DNA from: Bacillota bacterium
Lineage (GTDB): Bacteria; Bacillota; Limnochordia; Darwinibacteriales; JAAYFS01
Length of the DNA: 64,000 nucleotides
Direction: 5' to 3'
NCBI GenBank assembly: GCA_012728115.1
Contig: JAAYFS010000014.1
Location: 2,279-66,278 of the forward strand
Of the stretch, positions 52,159 through 64,000 are shown one piece after another. Numbering within the stretch: position 1 is the first letter of the stretch; every line of letters starts with the position of its first letter. The translations under genes were made by a program, and so were the position numbers. The notes beneath the pieces were generated by a model. It saw only the letters and a program-made list of their open reading frames with translations. It did not search any database and had not been told where the DNA came from.

Positions 52159-53784
52159 ATGGAAAAAAAGCTTTCCTTAGAAGAAAGGGAATTGTTGAGA
52201 CTGCTACAAAGTATTGACCCCGAAAGAAAAGACGTGGAATTTGACTTTAGTAAAGATCTTGATTTCAAAAGATTTCTCGAAGTTGTTGCAGAACAAGGAA
52301 TTTTTCCATTCATCGGTGTTTTGTTGGAAAACAAAAACGAAGTACCTGATCGAGTAAGAATGACATTTTTTACTCAAAACATGATTGTTCAGGACAGGCA
52401 ACGAAAACTAAGGGATGAGTTACAAATTGTGGCAACTCAACTTAACAAACGGGGAATTACACCCATCGTTTTAAAAGGCTTTTCGTTTTTAGAAAAGTAT
52501 CCCGATCCATTGATGCGCATTTCTGGTGATTTCGACCTGATGGTAAAAAGAGAAGATGTTTATGTGGTTGATGAGGTTCTCTGCAGTTTAGGTTATGGAA
52601 TGGAGGAGTATGGAACCCCTTTTGAATCCGAGCATGGTATTGCTGTTAGTCAAAACCTCCACCATCTCTTGCCATACTGTCATTCAAGTGAAAGGGGAAG
52701 TTACATGATTGAGGTTCATCAACCTCAAACAGAAGAATATAGTTATTTTGGTATTGATGAAGAAGAAATGAACAGAAAAAGCGTTCCTTTAGAGGGCTTT
52801 AGTGATGTTCAAATTGCGCGCTACAATGATCTTGATCTATTGATTTATGCTTGCATCCACTTTTTTAGACATGCACAAACTTGGTTCTGGGCGATTAGGT
52901 TTGATATTAATTTAAGGCTTTTTTTAGATGTTTTTATGATTGCTCACCATATTTCTAAAATGAAAGACGGTTGGCGCAGATTTGTGGAACGAGCTGAACA
53001 GGTAAATGCGGTTAGGATTTGCCTGTTTACGTTAATTCGGGTGCGTTTAATATGGCCTAATGTGTGTCCAGATTGGGTGATTGAGGAATTATCGAGCAAG
53101 ACGTTTCCTTTTGAACCTCCATTTGCGCTCGACTGGAACCTGAAACATTTTCAAGTTACCTATTTTGAACGTTTGTTCAGGGCTCCCGAATCATTTCAGA
53201 GGATGGAGGAAACAATTAGCTCGTTACGAGAACAGGGTTTAGTTTGTGGCGTTGTTGAAAAAAACGTACCGATTAAGATCGATGAAGACGATGTTCCAGA
53301 ATGGCAATTCTTTGGAAGTCATCAACTAGAGATTAGAAGGCCACCAGAATCAAAACTAGAAGCTACCTTTGATTGGGATGAAGATTATTTTTACGGTAGC
53401 TTTTTGTTAGAAAAACCAGAACTTATTTGTGGAACAGACGGCTTAATCTGGGACAAAATTCGAGTTCTCTTGTATGAACCTCCTTCGCATCGTATCTCCA
53501 TCTATCCAAAAGCTAGAAACAAAGTTGGAGTAGAAATCATTAAAATGGATGGATGGATCATCAGTCATTATGAAATAGGTGATTGGAGTCAGATAGAAGA
53601 TAATAAGTGGCAGCTTAAGGTGCGAATTCCATGGGAGGTGTTAGATTATACTCCTCAGTCAGGTGATAAACGAGGGTTTAATATGGAGATTTGGGAGTAT
53701 AAAGAACCGAAGGCTCCGACTTTAAATGTCTTAAGTTGGAGTGGTGGTCGTAGCGGCTGTTATTATGGAACAATCAAATTTTAA
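52159..53784 (+). CDS. Nucleotidyltransferase (NTP_transf_5-like) with C-terminal beta-sandwich (CBM9/DOMON-like) domain
   Basis: GGAGGTG RBS; VLKG...YPDPLMRISGDFDLMV, IEVH, DLLIYACIH; C-terminal FDWDEDYFY...WQLKVRIPW...RGFNMEI. Confidence 0.75.
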   Translation: MEKKLSLEERELLRLLQSIDPERKDVEFDFSKDLDFKRFLEVVAEQGIFPFIGVLLENKNEVPDRVRMTFFTQNMIVQDRQRKLRDELQIVATQLNKRGITPIVLKGFSFLEKYPDPLMRISGDFDLMVKREDVYVVDEVLCSLGYGMEEYGTPFESEHGIAVSQNLHHLLPYCHSSERGSYMIEVHQPQTEEYSYFGIDEEEMNRKSVPLEGFSDVQIARYNDLDLLIYACIHFFRHAQTWFWAIRFDINLRLFLDVFMIAHHISKMKDGWRRFVERAEQVNAVRICLFTLIRVRLIWPNVCPDWVIEELSSKTFPFEPPFALDWNLKHFQVTYFERLFRAPESFQRMEETISSLREQGLVCGVVEKNVPIKIDEDDVPEWQFFGSHQLEIRRPPESKLEATFDWDEDYFYGSFLLEKPELICGTDGLIWDKIRVLLYEPPSHRISIYPKARNKVGVEIIKMDGWIISHYEIGDWSQIEDNKWQLKVRIPWEVLDYTPQSGDKRGFNMEIWEYKEPKAPTLNVLSWSGGRSGCYYGTIKF

Positions 53785-53799
53785 TAGAAAAACCAAAAA

Positions 53800-53837
53800 C
53801 CTAAATGACTCAAAGCGGGCGCTTTGAGTCATTTAGG
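53800..53837 (-). terminator. Perfect 18-bp inverted repeat, terminator for the PqqD gene
   Basis: CCTAAATGACTCAAAGCG-GG-CGCTTTGAGTCATTTAGG with an A-tract on its left (U-tract on the minus strand). Confidence 0.75.
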
Positions 53838-53875
53838 ATCTGTGAGTTAAATAGTGGGAGAAGGGGATGAAGGCC

Positions 53876-54154
53876 TTATGAAACCTCTGAATCGCAGATA
53901 ATTAACTTGCGCTCAATAAAATCTTGAATAATCTCTTGGATATCCTTGATTAATTCCTCAAGCTCTACATCATCGTTATACATTTCCCACATTTTGGCGA
54001 TCACATCATCGAGAGTTTCGCAGGTGTCCAAAAGGTTCCAAATATCCGATCCAGTAGGATTTAGCACATGAAGAAATCCGTCTTCGGGGTTAAGTAAAAC
54101 AGTATCTTCGTTAAAACTGCGACAAATAACCTTTGGTGCTTTTTCTAGTTTCAT
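53876..54154 (-). CDS. PqqD-family RiPP recognition element (RRE)
   Basis: 92 aa; TVLLN...LHVLNPTGSDIWNLLD...LDDVIAKM..MY, the typical PqqD/lasso B1 pattern; GGAGGAG RBS. Confidence 0.88.
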   Translation of the reverse strand: MKLEKAPKVICRSFNEDTVLLNPEDGFLHVLNPTGSDIWNLLDTCETLDDVIAKMWEMYNDDVELEELIKDIQEIIQDFIERKLIICDSEVS

Positions 54155-54334
54155 TACGAAAAACTCCTCCCTCTTTTTGATTCAGTACGTAACCATAAGT
54201 AACTATAAGTCCGATAAATGTAACAGTTTGAAAAATTTATAAATCAATAAAATCTAGCAGGAAAAATTTGCAAATTAATAGAATTAATTCAAAAAGCATG
54301 GGCTAAATCCTTGCTGGTGTAGGAGGTTTTGTGA

Positions 54335-55738
54335 ATGAAAAAGCATGATAAACCTGGAAACAACGATGAAATCAAGGATCTAGAGCAACCTAAGACAGAA
54401 ATTGATAAATTTGTTGCAGAATTGATAGAAGAATACTATCCATTGGTTTATCGCTACTGCTTGTCCAAAACATCCCACCCTCATGAAGCTGATGATATAA
54501 CTCAAGAAGTTTTTACTGTATGTTATCAGAACGCCGAGCGTTTGCGCGATCGTTCTAAAGCGAAGAATTGGATTATGGCTATTACCAACAACTTGATTAA
54601 TTTATATTTCCGTAGGTTTTACAATAGATTGACTTTTGAACCGATAAGCGAAGAGCTTTTAAGTGATCTTCGAATGGCGGCAGCTCCTGCTGATGATTTT
54701 ATAGAAGTCGATTTTGAATTAAGTGATGCCTATGCGGTTTTTGAGCGGACTGCCGAAGATATTCGCCAGGTTGTGGCAATGCAGTGCTTTGAGGGTATGA
54801 GTTATGAAGAAATGGCAAGTAAACTCGATATCCCTAAAAGCACTGTGAGAGGAAGGATAGCCACAACCAAAAAGCAGTTTATTGCAAATGCACTTGAACC
54901 AGATGTGCCAAGTACATTGCGGAATAGGGCTGCAAAAGCGGTTGCCAAAGTGATAGATGATTTAGAATCAGTCCGTCAAAACTTAATAGATAATTTTGCT
55001 GAGAACGCTGGGATAGTATTGATGCTTGACGCATTTCGGCATCAAGATGGTTCAAGGACCTTATTTACCCATGGTTCTTTAGATAATATTATTTTTATCT
55101 GTGAAGTAAATGGTAGGACTAGAGGAGTGATGAAGACTAAGAATACTAAAGCAACCAAAGTGCTTGCAAACCTAATTCCTAAGGGAAAATCAGTGTTATT
55201 AAGTGTTGCTTCACCCAAGGACGAAATTGAAATTCTTAGGCGTTACGGTAGGGTTGAACTTCGCTATCCCAAACCATTTCGACACTACTTCCTTTACCCA
55301 GATTGGTTCGTGAAGCCAGATCAAACCGTAGAAGTTGAAGAACTATGCTATACGGAAATTCAAGAATTTTGCGAGGAGCATTCCATTTACGGTCGTTGGT
55401 ATTCTTCTTTGCAAAATCAATACCCTAACGCAGATTTTAACGTCAAGATTTTTGTTCAACGGAATAGTCAGAAGGAACCTATCGCTAGTGCACTCTTGTT
55501 TAAGTATGATTTCGCGGAGATATGGGAAATTCTTTTGCTGGATAGCCTTGTTCATGGAGAAATGACTGCTGAACATTTTAAGTTGTTCGTAGCTTCGGTC
55601 ATTTCCAAACTAGTTGAGCAAGGATACATTTTCAGCAATATTGCTCCACAACCTAATTCTGCAGAAGAAAGAGTTCTAAAGGTCTTAGGGTTTCGCCCAA
55701 GGGGTGAAACAAGGCGTGTTGTAGTTGAACTCAACTAG
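54335..55738 (+). CDS. ECF sigma factor with about 270-aa C-terminal extension (GNAT-like end)
   Basis: Region 2 (YPLVYRYC...ADDITQEVF...KNWIMAITNN) and region 4 (EGMSYEEMASKLDIPKSTVRGRI); C-terminal ends PNSAEERVLKVLGF. Confidence 0.85.
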   Translation: MKKHDKPGNNDEIKDLEQPKTEIDKFVAELIEEYYPLVYRYCLSKTSHPHEADDITQEVFTVCYQNAERLRDRSKAKNWIMAITNNLINLYFRRFYNRLTFEPISEELLSDLRMAAAPADDFIEVDFELSDAYAVFERTAEDIRQVVAMQCFEGMSYEEMASKLDIPKSTVRGRIATTKKQFIANALEPDVPSTLRNRAAKAVAKVIDDLESVRQNLIDNFAENAGIVLMLDAFRHQDGSRTLFTHGSLDNIIFICEVNGRTRGVMKTKNTKATKVLANLIPKGKSVLLSVASPKDEIEILRRYGRVELRYPKPFRHYFLYPDWFVKPDQTVEVEELCYTEIQEFCEEHSIYGRWYSSLQNQYPNADFNVKIFVQRNSQKEPIASALLFKYDFAEIWEILLLDSLVHGEMTAEHFKLFVASVISKLVEQGYIFSNIAPQPNSAEERVLKVLGFRPRGETRRVVVELN

Positions 55739-55746
55739 AATTTGGT

Positions 55747-55887
55747 CTAGCTACAGCAGTAGGCATTATGGAAAATAAAGTCCATATTGTGTCTACATCC
55801 AGCTAAAGGAATTATCTCGTATCCTACCTTGAAAATCTTTTGTGAAACAACAGTGGGTTTGCAGTATTTCTTAGTTTGCTTTTTCAT
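55747..55887 (-). CDS. Putative RiPP precursor peptide, 46 aa (not in supplied ORF track)
   Basis: AAAGGAGGG RBS 7 nt before ATG; MKKQTKKYCKPTVVSQKIFKVGYEIIPLAGCRHNMDFIFHNAYCCS; YxxP leader motif; flanked by RRE, S26 peptidase and NTase genes. Confidence 0.8.
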   Translation of the reverse strand: MKKQTKKYCKPTVVSQKIFKVGYEIIPLAGCRHNMDFIFHNAYCCS

Positions 55888-56040
55888 GCTTATACCCTCC
55901 TTTTTATAAGTAATTTTAACGATTCATTAATATAGTTGCTTTAGGATGGCGAAAAATCAACGGACAGGCTCGGATTTTTGTTAAAGTTTTGTAAAATACA
56001 AAGTGGAAACTATCCAAATCGTTATCGGGAGTGATAGATA

Positions 56041-56388
56041 GTGCTGGATGAGAAACTTTCTCCTCTTACAGTGGCATTGCAAATGGTTAGGGAGCAATTA
56101 GCGACTGGGGCAATTGTTCCAATGCAGGGATTTGGAATTAGTATGGAACCAACTATTAGTTCTGGAGATGTGGTTGAAATAGTTGCGCCAAACGATCTGA
56201 AAATAGGAGATATTGTTGTAGTAGATTATGGGCGTGGTTTATTGGTCGTACATAGAATTATTGCATTTCATCAGTATGGTGAGCGAACCATTGTTGAAAC
56301 CAAAGGCGATAATAAACCCGAATCTGAGCAAGCCCCTATAGAATATGTACTTGGGCGAGTTGTCTCGATCAACGGGAAAAAAATATAG
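56041..56388 (+). CDS. S24/S26-family peptidase without membrane anchor
   Basis: GISMEPTI (Ser), GDIVVV, VVHRII (His), TKGDN. Confidence 0.85.
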   Translation: MLDEKLSPLTVALQMVREQLATGAIVPMQGFGISMEPTISSGDVVEIVAPNDLKIGDIVVVDYGRGLLVVHRIIAFHQYGERTIVETKGDNKPESEQAPIEYVLGRVVSINGKKI

Positions 56389-56694
56389 CACATGTCATTT
56401 TGTTGGACGAACTTCTAGAAATTTCCAAATATATATAAAAAAACGATAGGTGTTTTACCAGGATAAACACCAAATATGCAAAAATCAGCCTAGCCGATAG
56501 CTTTGCAAGAGCTAGGCAATCATTATTTTTATTATAATTGTTAACTTAATCAAACAATATGACAAAGGAAAAGTAAAAAGTTAATCAAATATATGTAAAA
56601 TAGCCGAATCGTTAACATGAAAGGGGGGTAGTAGGCCTCGGATATCTCTATCTTTTAGATATATATTTTTCACATATAGCGAAAGGAGCTGTTT

Positions 56695-58026
56695 TTGTTG
56701 TCAAAAAGAATTCTTTTGGTTGTAGCATTATTGATCCTTGCGTCGGTTCCGCTTCAAGCTGTTCCATATGACTTTGGCGGAGAGACATTCTATATCGGAC
56801 AAAGTATTTGGTTTGATAAACATTTCAACTGGCTTACCAGAGACCACTTCGATGATCCACGTTACGCGGCTCATATGGAAGAAGTGGAAGAGCTGTTTAA
56901 TGTTAACATTGAATGGGAGTTAGTTGGAACGGGTTATCCTGCAAGTGCAGCAATCGATTATATGTTACCACGTATTATTGCTGGTGAAGGCAACTTTATC
57001 GTTACAACAGGAGAGAGTGCTATCCCAATCTTGGTGGCAAACAATCTGATCATGCCTGTTACCGAATGGATCAATGAGGAGTATTTTGAACGTTTACCTG
57101 ATCCATTTAAATCCTTAAGTTCGTTTGTAAACTTTAAAGGTGAGAATTGGGCGTTCCAATTTGGTCCTCGGATGATGACAGAGGCTGACGTTGTTTATTG
57201 GAACAAAGACTTGTTCGAAGAGTTAGGTCTCCCAAATCTCTATGAACTTTATGAAGCTGGCGAATGGACATGGGAAGCAATGAGAGAGATCGCTATCGCG
57301 GTTACTGCTGATACCGATGGTGATGGAGAGATCGACCGTTTCGGAGTTTCAGCACGCTATGGTCCTGACGAATGGTCATTGATGACCAGATGGATTTGGA
57401 CCAACGGTGCAACATTAGCGAAAGAAATTGATGGTAAAATCGTATTTGACGCTGACTCAGATGCAGCTGTTGAATCTTTTGAGTTCTGGCGTGAGCTTAT
57501 CGAATTAGGTGTTTGGAACCCTGATTGGTACGCATACCGCTTTGATGATGGTTTTGTAGCAATGCATATCGACTTAGCAGATGATATTACTTATAAGAGA
57601 CATGTCGAGTGTAACTTTGGTGTAGTTCCACTACCAAAAGGACCACGAGCTGATGAGCACGTTGCTATCGAGTGGCGTAAATGGGTAGCAGTTCTACCAA
57701 TTACTGCTCCAAATCCAGAGGCTCAAATTGAGTTATGGCACGCTATCTTTGAATTAGCAGTCCCATACATCTATGATCTAGAAGAATGGGAAGATCAATA
57801 TTGGGAACATATCTCGTTATTAGTTCGAGATGAAGAGAGTTTTGAAAACTTTAAGTGGGTTACCCAAAATACTCAACCAGCGGTATTAATGGACGTATTC
57901 GCTTCAGTTCCGGGATGGGATGAAGCATTGAGACAAATCCGCCATGGAGAAAAAGATGCTCGTACCGCAATGGCTGAAATGAAACCAGCAGTTCAAGCAT
58001 ATCTAGATGAGATGTTTGACCAATAA
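56695..58026 (+). CDS. Carbohydrate ABC extracellular solute-binding protein (orphan)
   Basis: Signal peptide; YWNKDLFEELG, WTWE, DTDGDGEIDRFG Ca-binding-like loop, VVPLPKGP. Confidence 0.88.
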   Translation: MLSKRILLVVALLILASVPLQAVPYDFGGETFYIGQSIWFDKHFNWLTRDHFDDPRYAAHMEEVEELFNVNIEWELVGTGYPASAAIDYMLPRIIAGEGNFIVTTGESAIPILVANNLIMPVTEWINEEYFERLPDPFKSLSSFVNFKGENWAFQFGPRMMTEADVVYWNKDLFEELGLPNLYELYEAGEWTWEAMREIAIAVTADTDGDGEIDRFGVSARYGPDEWSLMTRWIWTNGATLAKEIDGKIVFDADSDAAVESFEFWRELIELGVWNPDWYAYRFDDGFVAMHIDLADDITYKRHVECNFGVVPLPKGPRADEHVAIEWRKWVAVLPITAPNPEAQIELWHAIFELAVPYIYDLEEWEDQYWEHISLLVRDEESFENFKWVTQNTQPAVLMDVFASVPGWDEALRQIRHGEKDARTAMAEMKPAVQAYLDEMFDQ

Positions 58027-58091
58027 ATTTTGATAAAACAGATCTTGGCAGTTATTGAGGACTATGTTATTATGAAAGAAAAATGAAAAGA

Positions 58092-58187
58092 GGCAGAGTA
58101 GGTGCCACGCGTTAAGTGCTCAAGGATGGGACGTTGCCTTGAGACGAAAAGCTATTTAGCTGCGGTGTGGTCATCGCGTCCGCTGTC
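58092..58187 (+). ncRNA. THF riboswitch
   Basis: GGCAGAGTAGG...GCGTTAAGTG...GGATGGGACGTTGCC...ACGAA...GCGG...CCGCTGTC consensus elements, upstream of folT. Confidence 0.88.
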
Positions 58188-58251
58188 ATCAAAGAGCCCT
58201 AATCTCTTTGGTGCCAATCTGCCTTGGTTTCCAAAGAGAGGGGGTGAAAGC

Positions 58252-58773
58252 TTGTCCAATAGGATAGTTAAGATAACCGCTCGTTTAGCGCTATTGATTG
58301 CTCTAAATGTAGTTTTAACCAGACTTTTGAGTTTTAGGATTTCGATCGGTGGAGTCGAAGGTGTGAGATTAGGCTTCGGGGCTTTGCCGACTATTTTAGC
58401 AGGAATCGTGTACGGACCAGCTGCTGGTTTTGTGGTCGGTGCTTTAGCTGATCTGGTGGGTTACTGGATTAACCCGATAGGGGGCTATAATCCAGTTTTT
58501 ACATTAACTTCGGCACTCACAGGTTTTATCCCTGGAGCGGTGATCTTTTATATGTTTCAAAGGGGCAGAAAGTTATGGCAATTGATTATTGCTATCGCTT
58601 TGGGACAGATAACTACGAGTATAATCCTGGTTCCTTTCTTTTTGAAACTGTTCTTTGGAATACCGATCATGGCGTCGATGATTCCTAAGATAGTTTCCGA
58701 AGCAATCACGGTTCCTGTCTATGCTTCCTTTATTGGGACATTGCTTCGATACGATATCTTCGATATGAATTAA
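58252..58773 (+). CDS. folT: Folate ECF transporter S component
   Basis: LIALNVVLTRLL, GFGALPTILAGIVYGP..GF.VG.LADL, FTLTSALTG; preceded by a THF riboswitch. Confidence 0.88.
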   Translation: MSNRIVKITARLALLIALNVVLTRLLSFRISIGGVEGVRLGFGALPTILAGIVYGPAAGFVVGALADLVGYWINPIGGYNPVFTLTSALTGFIPGAVIFYMFQRGRKLWQLIIAIALGQITTSIILVPFFLKLFFGIPIMASMIPKIVSEAITVPVYASFIGTLLRYDIFDMN

Positions 58774-58789
58774 TGTGCCAAGAGCATTT

Positions 58790-58818
58790 AAGTACCCTTG
58801 ATTTAAGGGTACTTTTTT
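58790..58818 (+). terminator. Intrinsic terminator after folT
   Basis: AAGTACCCTT/AAGGGTACTT + T run. Confidence 0.85.
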
Positions 58819-58915
58819 ATTTGGGTAAATAGCCAAGTTTGGCAAGGAATACCTAGATCTATAACGAACTATAATAGGCGGAAGTCAGAAAAGTCTTCAG
58901 GAAGGAGCGAGTGGC

Positions 58916-63966
<5,051 letters not shown>

Positions 63967-64000
63967 AATGGCTAGGAATAATAGTAGGAAAAAGAGAGCC

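Noticed and set aside
52159-56388. Calling the locus a PQQ or canonical lasso peptide cluster
   Set aside because: No pqqB/C/E, and no lasso cyclase or B2 protease in the locus; the precursor lacks the PqqA ExxxY motif and the lasso Thr(-2)
58102-58251. N-terminal extension of FolT in the ORF track
   Set aside because: Overlaps the THF riboswitch; the real start is TTG 58252 after the GGGGGTG RBS. Similar over-extensions were trimmed for trpE, trpC, pyrB, pyrD, pyrF, pyrE, pepF, zwf, bcp, hom and the AraC-kinase

Overview
64 kb of a low-GC Bacillota (Firmicutes)-type anaerobe chromosome, judged from the sigmaA promoters, T-box, PyrR and THF-riboswitch leaders. No rRNA, tRNA or CRISPR array was seen. 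1-7 kb is a decaying accessory zone: a doubly inactivated MNT-HEPN toxin-antitoxin pair, a 47-bp tandem duplication, ABC-exporter and recombinase fragments, an intact IS3-family element without target duplication, and an AraC-phosphotransferase fusion. The rest is mostly housekeeping: T-box-controlled trpEGDCFBA, hom-thrC-thrB, a BtuFCD-like transporter plus CobU-like gene, hcpR/hcp, divergent xylB/xylA with xylA running into a RACo + corrinoid protein pair, mnmA, pepF, gdh, zwf, the pyr operon, THF riboswitch-folT and a GH2 beta-galactosidase. Three signals stand out. (1) A compact RiPP-like locus at 52.2-56.4 kb: nucleotidyltransferase, PqqD/RRE, ECF sigma with a GNAT-like extension, soluble S26 peptidase, and an unlisted 46-aa YxxP-leader precursor at 55747-55887(-). 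No cyclase, radical SAM enzyme or exporter lies beside it. (2) Two independent losses of glutamine amidotransferase function: TrpG lacks its catalytic Cys, and the pyr operon lacks carA while CarB shows an altered small-subunit interface. This suggests direct NH3 use. (3) Both AraC fusion genes carry a Shine-Dalgarno plus in-frame ATG exactly at the domain boundary. All protein assignments come from motif recognition by eye; no database searches were run.
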